Shown here: positions 1 to 12,420 of the stretch, one piece after another | How positions within the stretch are numbered: position 1 is the first letter of the stretch | How the letters are laid out: each line of letters opens with the position of its first letter | From: Macrostomum lignano | Lineage: Eukaryota | Length of the DNA: 64,000 nt | Assembly: GCA_002269645.1 (NCBI GenBank) | Contig: NIVC01000551.1 | Span: 372,001 to 436,000 of the forward strand | Direction of reading: 5' to 3' | The notes under the pieces: model-generated | Seen by the model: the letters and a program-made list of their open reading frames with translations, nothing else | Told to the model about the DNA's origin: nothing | Databases searched by the model: none | Program-made: the position numbers and the translations under genes

Positions 1-525
1 GTTTTTCCAGGTTTTTTTGCATTTCCAGGTTTTCTAGTTTTTCCAGGTTTTTTTGCATTTCCAGGTTTTTCCAGGTTTTTCCAGATTTTTCCAGGTTTTT
101 CCAGGTTTTTCCAGGTTTTTTTGCATTTCCAGGTTTTTCCAGGTTTCCCAGGTTTTTCCAGGTTTTTCCAGGTTTTCCGGGTTTTTTGCATTTCCAGGTT
201 TTTCCAGGTTTTTTTGCATTTCCAGGTTTTTTGCATTTCCAGGTTTTTCCAGGTTTTCCAGGTTTTTTGCATTTCCAGGTTTTTTGCATTTCCAGGTTTT
301 TCCAGGTTTTCCAGGTTTTTTGCATTTCCAGGTTTTTTGCATTTCCAGGTTTTTCCAGGTTTTCCAGGTTTTTTGCATTTCCAGGTTTTTCTAGGTTTTT
401 CCAGGTTTTTCCAGGTTTTTTGCATTTCCAGGTTTTTCCAGGTTTTTTTGCATTTCCAGGTTTTTCCAGGTTTTTTTGCATTTCCAGGTTTTTCCTGGTT
501 TTTTTGCATTTCCAGGTTTTTCCAG
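1..525. repeat. Degenerate minisatellite (TTTCCAGGTTTT / TGCATTTCCAGG units)
   Basis: Direct tandem repetition; runs off the left edge of the window. Confidence 0.95.
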
Positions 526-757
526 GTTGCGGACACCCTGCTGGCGACTCCAACTGGCAGGCAATTTCATCCGAGCCGAGTCGTACTGCCCACAGCCGGT
601 GCAGGAGGTGCTGCTGCTGCTGACGCTGCAGGCACCCTACCGGCGGGGGCAGGCGCGCACTCAGCGTTTCGTCGACTGCCTGCTGGCTGATGCCGGCTCG
701 GAAACTGTCGGCAGTGCGGCCTACGTTTGCACACAGGCATCGAAACGCTCCCAGTGA
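526..757 (+). mobile_element. 3' remnant of an RTE-like non-LTR retrotransposon (post-RT C-terminus)
   Basis: Translates as RLQLAGNFIRAESYCPQPVQEVLLLLTLQAPYRRGQARTQRFVDCLLADAG, resembling the RTE C-terminal 'RRRLQLAGH..R' region. A homologous copy lies on the minus strand at about 54590-54830. Confidence 0.7.
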
Positions 758-805
758 CATTGTCTCACGCATGAATGGCTGGCAATGCACTTTGTTGATG
801 TTGAA

Positions 806-1478
806 TGGAGGGGTGGGAATGGAGAGCTGGGAATGGAGAGCTGGGAATGGAGAGCTGGGAATGGAGTGCTGGGAATGGAGAGCTGGGAATGGAGTGCTGG
901 GAATGGAGAGCTGGGAATGGAGAGCTGGGAATGGAGTGCTGGGAATGGAGTGCTGGGAATGGAGAGCTGGGAATGGAGAGCTGGGAATGGAGAGCTGGGA
1001 ATGGAGAGCTGGGAATGGAGTGCTGGGAATGGAGAGCTGGGAATGGAGAGCTGGGAATGGAGAGCTGGGAATGGAGAGCTGGGAATGGAGTGCTGGGAAT
1101 GGAGAGCTGGGAATGGAGTGCTGGGAATGGTGAGCTGGGAATGGAGTGCTGGGAATGGAGAGCTGGGAATGGAGTGCTGGGAATGGAGAGCTGGGAATGG
1201 AGAGCTGGGAATGGAGAGCTGGGAATGGAGAGCTGGGAATGGAGAGCTGGGAATGGAGAGCTGGGAATGGAGAGCTGGGAATGGAGAGCTGGGAATGGAG
1301 AGCTGGGAATGGAGAGCTGGGAATGGAGAGCTGGGAATGGAGAGCTGGGAATGGAGTGCTGGGAATGGAGGGGTGGGAATGGAGAGCTGGGAATGGAGAG
1401 CTGGGAATGGAGTGCTGGGAATGGAGAGCTGGGAATGGAGAGCTGGGATTGGAGTGCTGGGAATGGAGTGCTGGGAAT
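806..1478. repeat. 15-bp minisatellite GGGAATGGAGAGCTG
   Basis: Direct tandem repetition. Confidence 0.95.
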
Positions 1479-1518
1479 AAGAACATGTTATTGCTGACTG
1501 TTGACTGTCATGAGCCAT

Positions 1519-2072
1519 CAAATGTCACTGACAGTCAAATGTCACTGACAGTCAAATGTTACTGGCTGTCAAATGTCACTGACAGTCAAATGTCACTGAC
1601 AGTCAAATGTTACTGACAGTCAAATGTCACTGACAGTCAAATGTTACTGGCTGTCAAATTTCACTGGCAGTCAAATGTCACTGACAGTCAAATGTCACTG
1701 ATAGTCAAATGTCACTGACAGTCAAATGTCACTGACAGTCAAATGTTACTGGCTGTCAAATGTCACTGGCAGTCAAATGTCACTGATAGTCAAATGTCAC
1801 TGATAGTCAAATGTCACTGACAGTCAAATGTCACTGACAGTCAAATGTCACTGACAGTCAAATGTCACTGACAGTCAAATGTCACTGACAGTCAAATGTC
1901 ACTGATAGTCAAATGTTACTGGCTGTCAAATGTCACTGGCAGTCAAATGTCACTGATAGTCAAATGTTACTGGCTGTCAAATGTCACTGACAGTCAAATG
2001 TCACTGGCAGTCAAATGTCACTGACAGTCAAATGTCACTGATAGTCAAATGTCACTGACAGTCAAATGTCAC
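1519..2072. repeat. 17-bp minisatellite CAAATGTCACTGACAGT
   Basis: Direct tandem repetition. Confidence 0.95.
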
Positions 2073-2332
2073 GAGCCGCATTCAAATGAAGCCGATTTTG
2101 TGTTATGACGGCCTGATTGTGAGTTTGTCCATCAATCAAGTGATTGCATGGCTCAATTGAAAGAGCCTTTAGACATCATAAAACATCTTTTTGACAAAAA
2201 AATCAGTATACTCGTAATTAAATACACAGTCGCCGTACGAAACGCGGGCAATTGATGCCAATTTGAAAAGAGACTTCCTTATTTGGAAAGGAAACACAGT
2301 GTTTATATTTTGCAGACTGGATTGTGCGTTCG

Positions 2333-4024
2333 CTAAAACATACGCTTGGTGCGCTTGCGACACCTGTAGCCGGTGACATTGGCCGTATTGAAATCTCCAT
2401 CATATTTGCATCTGCATGTCATGAATTTGGCTCTCTTGGAACAACAACGCCGCCAATATCTCCACCTGCTCCAGTCAAAGCAGCGGCATGAATGACCCGT
2501 CTGCCTTTCCCACCGGCCTCCTGAACAGCTGTTTGACGAGTTCCTGGTGCAGTCGTAAGTACGACTCTTTTTTCGAATAATATTATGGCTATTTTTGCCG
2601 TCCCTATACAGGTACCAGCTGCCCCAGTTGCCCCAGGCGCACCAGGCAGTGAAGGCAGTGTCCAACTCGCTGCTCACCTCCAGGCCAGCCGACGCGCTGA
2701 TCGCAGTCGAGCAGCCGCACTTGCGGACTCTCTTGCGAGTGAACCGCCAGTTGCATCCAAGATAGTTGTTCGCGTAGTGCCAAGACTTCTTATAGCCTTT
2801 GTCACTCGTCCACTCGTTCCAGCCTTCCCAGTTGCACCAGTTCCAAGTCTTCGGGGAATAAGAGCAATAACAATACTGATTATACTACTGAAAGTATCCC
2901 AGTTGCATTTTACTAGAATTTACAATCTGGCGATCAACGTAAAAACCAAACCCAAAAGCTAAATTCAGCAACATCTTCAAACTCACCTGGGTGATGTTCT
3001 CAACTGCGGCCGTCTCGATGGTCGCAGGCGGCCTGTCAATCGGGCAGCGGCAGCTCCTGGACCGGTGCTTGCTGTTCCAGTTCCCACAGACCCGGCTGCC
3101 TTCGGACGAGTCGGTGGCCCACTCGGACCACTGGCACCAGCTGATGAAGCTGCCCTGCGTCTGGCTTTTGTCCTTCGCGCCCTGACACCAGCCGCTCACG
3201 GAGGCCCCTTCGTCGGTTGGGCAGGTGCACTGGCGGACGCGGGTTCGATTCACAAGCGCGTTGCAGATGTCGGAATCTCCGGTCGCACCAGAGGCGGTGG
3301 CCCAGTTGGTCCAGGACTGCCAGGTGCAGATGTCTGAGCAGGAGAAGTCGGTGTGCTTTCATAAATCAAAGTATACAGGAAACAGCTCGATTAAAGACCC
3401 ACTCACCGTGGTACAGAGTGACAGAAGACCCACTCACCGTGGTACAGAGTGACAGAAGACCCACTCACTGTGTTACAGAGTGACAGAAGACCCACTCACT
3501 GTGTTACAGAGTGACAGAAGACCCACTCACTGTGTTACAGAGTGACAGAAGACCCACTCACTGTGTTACAGAGTGACAGAAGACCCACTCACTGTGTTAC
3601 AGAGTGACAGAAGACCCACTCACCGTGGTACAGAGTGACAGAAGACCCACTCACCGTGGTACAGCTTGACGAAGGCGGCTTCCCCAGCCGTGCCGTTGCC
3701 AGTCCAGTAGGTCTCGAACTGTCCCTGGTCAGCCAGGTGGCACAGGCCCGCACTGGCATTGAAGTAGTACGCGTGGCAGAAAGCCCACGCTCTGCACTTG
3801 GTCGCGCACTGGAGACTCCCCAGCCAGCTGGCGTTCATCCCCACGGGACCCACCAGCTTGATGGAGCCAGGACTCAGCGCCACGGCTGAGACCGCGGACT
3901 CGTTGGGACCGCCGATTCCCGACGGCAGACGATCAGACGCGTTGAAGTTGAACTCCCTGACTGTGGAAGCGTCGGTCAGCCGTGCCGCAGTCAGGAGTAA
4001 TAAGGTCGCCACCGAGAGGCCCAT
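2333..4024 (-). CDS. Secreted protein with a PAN/apple-like domain and 4-5 divergent thrombospondin type-1-like repeats (about 422 aa)
   Basis: Exons 4024-3655, 3333-2987, 2884-2333 have GT-AG ends and matching phases (1, 0), total 1269 nt. Signal-peptide-like start MGLSVATLLLLTAARLTDA; PAN-like LQCATKCRAWAFCHAYYFNASAGLCHL; repeated WxxWxxW...RxRxC motifs (WQSWTNW..RTRVRQC, WCQWSEW..RSRSC, WEGWNEW..RKRVRKC, WGNWGSW). Confidence 0.8.
3395..3664. repeat. 31-bp intronic minisatellite built from the exon-1 splice donor
   Basis: Minus-strand unit TTCTGTCACTCTGTACCACG|GTGAGTGGGTC, about 8.5 copies. Confidence 0.9.
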
Positions 4025-4572
4025 CAGGCTGTTCTTGCTGAAGTTGCCGATTGCTGTGTTGCTAAAAGACAAAACTTTTCTTTCCTGCTTCTGGCCCGTC
4101 TCCCACCTCGGGCTCAGGTGTTTTATGCACCGGCTTGATGCGTCTCTTTGTTTTGTTGGTTGCCATGGAAACAGCGCTTTTGAGCGATTCCGCGGGCGGC
4201 TACGGAGGTGGGAGAAGCTGAATAATAATTGCACAGGAATTCAGACGCTGTCAATGCGGAATGACTCTGAGAAGCCAGCATCCGGGATTTTCTGATCGCA
4301 AATAGGGAAAAAATCCGCGAATCCATTCCAGACCATGGTTCCCATCAGGCATTTGACAAAATTAAGTCAGTTTTACCTGTTGCAGATCCGGGTTGCAGAA
4401 AAACAGTACATAGTAAATTAGCACTCACCAAATACCGATTTATCCTGTCATCCCAGCTGGATCGCGTGTAAGCCTAGGTTCGGGAAAAAGGTTCTAAAGA
4501 TTCGTGCAGGTATTGTTACATGTGCATGCGGATTGAAACAAAAAATATGAATAGAAAAAACTAAATAACTTG

Positions 4573-4753
4573 AAGGTCGGAGGCTCGATTCCCGACTTTA
4601 CTGGAACAATTTGTGTCCTTGAGCAAGAGACAATTAACTCTGCATTGCTTCAGTTCACCCAGGTGTAAAATGGGTGCCAGCATTAGCTGAGGTAATTGAG
4701 GGTGTGTGGCGAACCCCCAGTCCTTGGACTGAACAGCCGTACGCAGCCTTCAG
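4573..4753 (+). mobile_element. tRNA-derived SINE (family 1), 5'-truncated copy
   Basis: B-box-like GGCTCGATTCC followed by a body nearly identical to the copy at 35474-35675 (GTGTCCTT...GTAAAATGGGTGCCAGCATTAGCTG...GGACTGAACAGCCGTACGCAGCCTTCAG). Confidence 0.75.
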
Positions 4754-5116
4754 CGGCGACGCCCCTGAAACCCCTTGAGCGCTGTGCAAAAAAGTACAAA
4801 TTCTGTAATCTGGGAGTTTCTGCTCTCCCAATATAGTGCTTTTTCAAAGCTTTTCTCGAAGAAATTATGAATGTTCGTTGAATAACGAGTTAGAATAAAA
4901 AATCAAAACCACAAAGCATACGTATACTTCATACGTATTGTTGGTAATCAAGTCAGCATATCGTTTGAAGATATTGATCAATAGACCAGATCAAATTATT
5001 GAACTTAATAAAATAGCCTGAACTCGACGCCAAAGTTTATATGATATTTGAAAACAAATTAAAGCATTTTTTGTCTTTCTTTCTATTTTTGGCTTGCATA
5101 ACACACAGTTAGCATA

Positions 5117-6296
5117 CTACTCATAGTAGAGCGCGTGGACAGTAGCAACGCAGGCAAACTCTCCGGCAGAGACCTGAGCAGTGGCGTAATTGTCAGTCTC
5201 CGGGTTGCCGACACTGCGGCTAGCAACCGCGGCTGATTGGCCCAGCAGCTGCATGATGGAGACGTTCACCACCAGCTTGTAGCGGCGGCTGTCCAGCTCG
5301 CGCAGCTCCCGTCTGGCTTGTTCAGCCGCAGACTGGCATGCGGAGCGGCATCTGCGATTGGGGGAGGGGGTGAATCAGGGGGTGAATCAGGGGGTGAATC
5401 AGGGGGTGAATCAGGGGGTGAATCAGAGGGTGAATCAGGTGGTGAATCAGAGGGCGAATCAGAGGGCGAATCAGGTGGTGAATCAGAGGGCGAATCAGAG
5501 GGCGAATCAGGTGGTGAATCAGGGGGTGAATCAGGTGGTGAATCAGAGGGCGAATCAGAGGGCGAATCAGGTGGTGAATCAGGTGATGAATCAGGTGGTG
5601 AATCAGGGGGTGAAGCAGAGGGTGAATCAGGTGGTGAATCAGGCGTGAATCAGGTGGTGAATCAGAGGGTGAATCATGGGTGAATCAGGCGTGAATCAGG
5701 TGGTGAATCATGGGTGAATCAGGTGGCGAATCATGGGTGAATCCGGTGGTGAATCATGGATGAATCAGAGTGAATCAGGGAGTGAGTCAGGGCGTGAATC
5801 AGGGGTGAAACTGGAATGAATCAGTGAATCGGTGAGTGAATGAGGGGTGAGTCTACACTATAGATCTGCATGTTCTTTCCCACCTCTCCGCATCATATTT
5901 CTGCCCAACTCCGGCCACCGCAGTCTCCAGCGCCGCCGTCAGAATCTCCGTGGCCAGCCGGCAGTTAAACCGCTGCGACTCGTCAGGCTTCAGCCGGTAG
6001 GTGTTCTCCAGCGGCGGTGGCTGCCCGCTGCGAGCTCCGTGATCTCCGCCGCCCAGCATGAGGCTTGGGCCCGCCAGGGTGCCCAGCCTGCCGCGGCCCT
6101 GGCGCCCGCCCCCGCCGCCGCCGCCGAGAACGCGCGACATTCGACGTCCATGAGAAGCGCCAGCGCCAACGTTGCTGGGCAACGGAGCGAGCAGGTCGTC
6201 AGAGCCGGCGTTTGAAGCCTTGCGCTGTTGTTGATGATGCTGATGATGCTGCTGAGCAGCGGAGGCTGCGGCCGCTAATTCAACTTCTGCTGTCAT
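5117..6296 (-). CDS. Tctex-1 domain-containing dynein light chain (TCTEX1D-like), about 215 aa
   Basis: Exons 6296-5884 and 5351-5117 (phase 2), 648 nt. Tctex-1 domain: LENTYRLKPDESQRFN...KYDAERCRSACQ...RRYKLVVNVSIMQ...VASRSVGNPETDNYA...ACVATVHALYYE*. Low-complexity Q/H/G-rich N-terminus. The start codon is inferred. Confidence 0.85.
5367..5830. repeat. 12-bp intronic minisatellite GGTGAATCAGGG
   Basis: Direct tandem repetition inside the Tctex-1 intron. Confidence 0.9.
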
Positions 6297-6467
6297 TTCC
6301 TGTGTTGAGCAGTTTAGTAGGTGGTTCTGTCTGTGACTGCGGCTTACAGTTGGTTCTTGATTGAGAATGGACAATGTCAAGAAGTCATTTGGGCGTCGAT
6401 ACAAGTGAAAGAAAGGGTCAGGGTGGCATACCCCCCCCCTGCTGAGAGATGCTTTGTTCTTTGTAGG

Positions 6468-6901
6468 GGTGCTAGCACCAAGGTGCGCCAGCCGCCAGCA
6501 TCAAGGGGCGCTAGCATCAAAGGGCGCCAACACCAAGGTGCGCCAGCATCAAGGGGCGCCAGCATCAAAGGGCGCCAGCACCAAGGGGCGCCAGCACCAA
6601 GGGGCGCCAGCATCAAGGGGCGCCAGCACCAAGGGGCACCAGCACCAAGGGGCGCCAGCACCAAGGTGCGCCAGCATCAAGGGGCGCCAGCACCAAGGTG
6701 CGCCAGCATCAAAGGGCGCCAGCATCAAGGGGCGCCAGCACCAAGGGGCGCCAGCACCAAGGGGCGCCAGCACCAAGGGGCGCCAGCACCAAGGTGCGCC
6801 AGCATCAAGGGGCGCCAGCACCAAGGTGCGCCAGCATCAAAGGGCGCCAGCATCAAGGGGCGCCAGCACCAAGGGGCGCCAGCACCAAGGGGCGCCAGCA
6901 C
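6468..6901. repeat. 16-bp minisatellite GGGGCGCCAGCACCAA
   Basis: Direct tandem repetition. Confidence 0.95.
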
Positions 6902-7635
6902 GGCGGTGAATCGCATGACACCCCCCAAATATGTGCATTAAATGCACAAACTTACCGAGACACTGGAAGCTTCAGAGTTTACATAAACACTGTTTTTTGA
7001 GAATTTCACAGTTTATTTGACTGACTCGCTCAGTTATGGTTTGAGCAAGAAAATTAGAGACAGAGATGGGGATGAGAATAAAAGGGAGCGCTGGGGTTTT
7101 GGATGAGGTGAGGTGAGGCTAGGAAACCCAGCTAGCAACCGCACGGCTATGCAGACCCACACGCAGTTCTTTCCCAACTTCCTGAGCCTCTTAATGAACG
7201 AACGCATTGTGCACAGAGTTTCTCACCATTGGCTGCATCTGCTTTGGGGCTCTACAGGCCGCTGCGAGTGCATTGAAAGGCAACTAATTACGAGTATAAT
7301 GACTGTATTCTATTCAAACACCACTTTTTTAGTTGCCATGGAGACAGAGCGAGGTGAGGAGGAAGAATTCAAGGAAGTGGATGGGAGTAGGATGAAGCCA
7401 CAATAGAGAAAGGGAGTTGCTTTGAAGAAGTAAAAATGCTTCAGACTTAAAGCCTAGCACAATGAATGCATGGCTCTGTGTACAGCAGAATCACGCTTTT
7501 GTGGCTATGAAAATGCTAGTAGGGGCAGAACTCAATGAAAAGTATGGTACAAAGCCTCAGTTTGTTAGGCAGATAGTTTTCAAACTATCTAGATGCTAAA
7601 ATTCTGATTCATGCAAAGTTGCGTGCATTAAAACT

Positions 7636-8145
7636 GGGGTGAGTGACTGGGTGAGTGACTGGGTGAGTGACTGAGTGAGTGACTGGGTGAGTGACTGGGT
7701 GAGTGACTGGGTAAGTGACTAGTTTAGTGACTGGGTGACTGATTGAGTGACTAGTTAAGTGACTGGGCGAATGACTGGGTGAGTGGCTAGGAGAGTGACT
7801 GGGTGAGTGATTGGGAGAGTGATTGGATGAGTAACTGGATGATTGACTGGGTGAGTGACTGGATGAGTGACTGAGCGAGTGACCGGGGTGAGTGACCGGG
7901 TGAGTGACTGGATGAGTGACTGGGTGAGTGACTGGGTAAGTGACTAGTTTAGTGACTGGGTGACTGATTGAGTGACTAGTTAAGTGACTGGGCGAATTAC
8001 TGGGTGAGTGACTAGGAGAGTGACCGGGTGAGTGATTGGGAGAGTGATTGGATGAGTGACTGGATGATTGACTGGGTGGGTGACTGAGTAAGTGCCAGGG
8101 TGACTAGGAGAGTGACTGGGTGAGTGATTGGGAGAGTGATTGGGT
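7636..8145. repeat. 12-bp minisatellite GAGTGACTGGGT
   Basis: Degenerate tandem repetition. Confidence 0.9.
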
Positions 8146-8838
8146 TCCAGTCAGTCAGTGAGAACGCTGGTCTGTGTTCCAGTTGAAGCCATCAATTTGG
8201 AAATGGCGCACAATACCACAAAAACAGATTAAACTCAAAATGAGCTTCAACAAACACATTAAATTAATTAATCGCTTACCTTATCGGTGCAGCTAGGAAT
8301 CAACCGAATAAAAGTACATAAAATTGTGCGACTGGATTCGAAACTCGAGCCGGTGAGCAAAATTATAATAGCATTGAGTCTATTGTGCGAGCAGTTTTAT
8401 ATGCAGCGTGTACCACTTGAGCACACAATTAAGCTAACAGGTTAAGCTGAGGTAGCGGTGCAGCGTGGGACACCCACGCGGTGATGCCGTGACAGCCTGC
8501 AGTTGGGAGCTGGGGGGGCGCAATTTTACGATGCCATGCGCAGAGATGCACACCTTAGCATACACTGGAGACAGAGACTACTTGAGTTTAGCAACTGTAT
8601 TATCTGCTTAGTGTGCCAGCCCAGTCTCAAGTGTGATGAGCTCGTGAAGTTTCAGTAGATATTTAAGCATACTTTAAGACTTATTATATAGATGATTTCA
8701 GATATTAATTATACACCATGCAACCAGGCTCGATTCTGCTTCTTTACATCTTGGGAAATATTGCCCGTAACTGGGATTGCCATGTGCGACTCTCACTCAT
8801 GCCTGACGATGAGAGAGTCAGGGCACCTGTGTACACCC

Positions 8839-9200
8839 TGACTGACTGTCTGACTGACTCTGACTGCCTGACTGCCTGACTGACTGTCTGCCTGACTGTC
8901 TGACTGACTGTCTGACTGCCTGTCTGACTGTCTGACTGTCTGACTGCCTGACTGGGTGGGTGACTGATTGCCTGACTGACTGACTGACTGCCTGACTGTC
9001 TGCCTGACTGACTGCCTGACTGTCTGACTGACTGACTGCCTGACTGTCTGCCTGACTGTCTGCCTGACTGACTGCCTGACTGTCTGACTGACTGACTGAC
9101 TGACTGACTGTCTGACTGCATGACTGACTGACGGCCTGACTGTCTGACTGACTGACTGACTGACTGACTGACTGACTGACTGACTGACTGACTGACTGAC
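8839..9200. repeat. (CTGA)n-type microsatellite
   Basis: Direct tandem repetition. Confidence 0.95.
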
Positions 9201-9776
9201 TAATTAACTAACTACTTAACTAACCAACAGACGTACTAACGATATTTATAAATAAACCAGTAACTAGCCTTGTCTAACGTACGTAAAAGGTCAACAAAAT
9301 GAAACCAAAAGACCGGCTGGAAATAAAAAAAGCTTTGGTTGAGCACACTCCACTGAGCAGTGATCGGCATTCTTCAACAATGTTAAAAAACGAATTCCCG
9401 CACACGAGAGTGTATTTATTACAATATACCAGGTAGCATAACTATATCGATATTATTAACTTTAGGACGCCTGGAAAAAGCAAATAGGCAAAATGAGTCC
9501 AAAAAGTACTTTTGTATTTCTATTCTAAAGTGCATGAGCCGTTTCACTATAGTATCCACTATTTTAGTCATCAAAATTAATAAACAAACTAATATAAATT
9601 GTTATAATTACCTAGCATACACGAATGATAGTGTGTATAATTAGGTCTACTTATAGTCGTATAGTAGCATTTCAGAATAGAGCACAAACTAAAAAAAGAA
9701 ACTAGACTCCCCCAGCATTAATGACGCAAAAATTTAGGTAATAAATTTCATCCAGTGGGCAGCCGCGGACTCGGCA

Positions 9777-10732
9777 TCACATGTAGCCAGCCTCCTTGGC
9801 TGTTTCCGATTTGCGTTGGCGAATTACGAATGCCTGAAATTGTAAAAACGGAACGTATAAATTATCTACTCAAATCAATTTATGGGTGATTCTGGATGAT
9901 GAAGATTCTTTGTAAGAAGGAAGATTCTGGATGATGAGGATTCTGTAAATGAAGGTCAATTCTGGATGATGTGGATTCTGTGGATGAAGGGCGGTTCTGG
10001 TTGATGGGGATTCAGAAGATAAAGCGAGATACTGGATGATGAAGGTATTGCTGATGATGGGAGAATCTGGATGAAGATAGTGCCAGCTACAGAGGGTGGC
10101 GCCAGCTACAGAGGGGGGCGCCAGCTACAGAGGGTGGCGCCAGCTACAGAGAGAGGCGCCAGCTACAGAGGGAGGCGCCAGCTACAGAGGGGGCGCCAGC
10201 TACAGAGGGGGGCGCCAGCTACAGATAGGCGCCAGCAGGCCTCAGAGGCATGAACCATGCACTGCAAACCCCCAGCCAAGTTCCGTGCACCCCAAGCCAG
10301 GACTCACCCTGCGCTGCTCGGTGACGCACTGCTCAAACGCGGCGACCATCTGGGAGCAGCGCAGCGGGTAGCGCACATTGGCGGCGTAGCACTGGCGCAC
10401 CGCCTCCTTCTCGGCCTGGCAGCAGGGCGGCGGTGCCTCCCGGTCAATGAATTTCGATTCCACCCGATTGACTGCCGCCGAGAACTGACCGGCTGCCGAC
10501 TGGAATCGAGCCTGGGACCGCTCTTCTAGTTTGGCTAGGCGGGACTCGTAGTCTCGCTGCAGCTGGTCCAGCTGCTGAGTCTGTCGGATGCTGTCGGCCA
10601 CGCTGTCGGCCAGGCTGTGCGACTGGGGCCGGCCCGCCGATGGCGCAGAGTCCTCGCCCTCGCTGCTCAGGTTCACCTGGCGCTTCTCGGCTAGGCGGAG
10701 CCGGTCCTGGAATGGTGGGGTGGGCTGTGAAT

Positions 10733-10776
<44 letters not shown>

Positions 10777-10819
10777 CACAGACAGGCAGACAGACAAACA
10801 GACAGACAGAGTGATACAG

Positions 10820-10880
<61 letters not shown>

Positions 10881-10941
10881 CAGACAGACAGACAGACAGA
10901 CAGACACAGACAGAGTCAGACAGACAGACACAGACAGAGTC

Positions 10942-11002
<61 letters not shown>

Positions 11003-11059
11003 CAGACAGACAGACAGACAGACACAGACAGAGTCAGACAGACAGACACAGACAGAGTC

Positions 11060-11092
<33 letters not shown>

Positions 11093-11165
11093 CAGACAGA
11101 GTCAGACAGACAGACAGACAGACAGACACAGACAGACAGACAAACAGACAGACAGAGTGATACAG

Positions 11166-11226
<61 letters not shown>

Positions 11227-11259
11227 CAGACAGACAGACAGACAGACACAGACAGAGTC

Positions 11260-11292
<33 letters not shown>

Positions 11293-11371
11293 CAGACAGA
11301 GTCAGACAGACAGACAGACAGACAGACAGACACAGACAGAGTCAGACAGACAGACAGACAGACAGACAGAC

Positions 11372-11404
<33 letters not shown>

Positions 11405-11413
11405 GTGATACAG

Positions 11414-11454
<41 letters not shown>

Positions 11455-11489
11455 CAGACAGAGTCAGACAGACAGACACAGACAGAGTC

Positions 11490-11522
<33 letters not shown>

Positions 11523-11557
11523 CAGACAGAGTCAGACAGACAGACAGACAGGCAGAC

Positions 11558-11590
<33 letters not shown>

Positions 11591-11599
11591 GTGATACAG

Positions 11600-11632
<33 letters not shown>

Positions 11633-11810
11633 CAGACAGACACAGAGTCAGACAGCTATCTAGATCACTGGAACTCTATCAACTGCAACAAACCATACTA
11701 CCGATAGTAGTAAGCAGGCAGCCGGCTCTCACCTGCACATCCTCGGTAATAAAAAAATACGTATCACGGCTAAGTGTTGTAGTTCGCTCGTTTGAGTTCG
11801 CATTGCCCAT
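9777..11810 (-). CDS. CHCHD3: MICOS complex subunit MIC19/MIC25 (CHCHD3/6-like), about 177 aa
   Basis: Exons 11810-11733, 10706-10308, 9833-9777, all phase 0. N-terminal MGNANS fits a myristoylation motif; central coiled coil; C-terminal twin CX9C CHCH motif [11 protein letters not shown]...[11 protein letters not shown]. Confidence 0.85.
10078..10236. repeat. 19-bp intronic minisatellite GGCGCCAGCTACAGAGGGT
   Basis: Direct tandem repetition. Confidence 0.9.
10733..11655. repeat. (GACA)n microsatellite filling CHCHD3 intron 1
   Basis: Direct tandem repetition with a higher-order pattern of variants. Confidence 0.97.
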
Positions 11811-12097
11811 GGCCGGCTGTACTTTAGTGCTCTGCAGGCTTTGTTAGAGGCAAAAAGGGATCAAAATTTGGCTGAAAACCGTTGTGGTGAAATATTTATG
11901 GCAGGAGGGCTGTGGGGGCAGCCTGGCGCAACGCGTTCGGCGACATCGTCACCAGACACGCAGTCATACACGCGCTCACACAGGGTGTACAGCAGCCCTT
12001 GACTTTCTAATCGTCAGACATGTACACTCTCTCTGTGTCTTGGGGGTTGGCCCTTATGGCTGTGAGTCACATGACACCCCCTTGGCCAATTCTTGGC

Positions 12098-12420
12098 CAG
12101 ATGTCAAGGCTTTGGGGGGGGGGGGGGGGGGATTGCTGAGATGTCAAGGCTTACTGGGGGCATTGCTGAGATGTCAAGGCTTACTGGGGGCATTGCTGAG
12201 ATGTCAAGGCTTACTGGGGGCATTGCTGAGATGTCAAGGCTTACTGGGGGCATTGCTGAGATGTCAAGGCTTACTGGGGGCATTGCTGAGATGTCAAGGC
12301 TTACTGGGGGCATTGCTGAGATGTCAAGGCTTACTGGGGGAATTGCTGAGATGTCTAGGCTTACTGGGGGCATTGCTGAGATGTCAACACATGGAGGGGG
12401 GCATTGCTGAGATGTCAAGG
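12098..12420. repeat. 30-bp minisatellite GAGATGTCAAGGCTTACTGGGGGCATTGCT
   Basis: About 10 near-perfect copies. Confidence 0.95.

Noticed and set aside
526-757. Terminal exon of a host gene (follows TTTTCCAG)
   Set aside because: The peptide matches the RTE C-terminus also seen at about 54600-54830, and the AG comes from the adjacent repeat.
785-1521. Multiple overlapping 150-266 aa ORFs, and similar ones at 6321-7000, 10242-11387, 19129-19924, 24468-25213 and 26933-27890
   Set aside because: Stop-free tandem repeats; the peptide period equals the DNA unit length.
8744-8840. Possible exon VYTGALTLSSSGMSESRTWQSQLRAIFPKM after the (CTGA)n repeat
   Set aside because: No recognisable domain and no gene that needs it; CHCHD3 already terminates at 9777.
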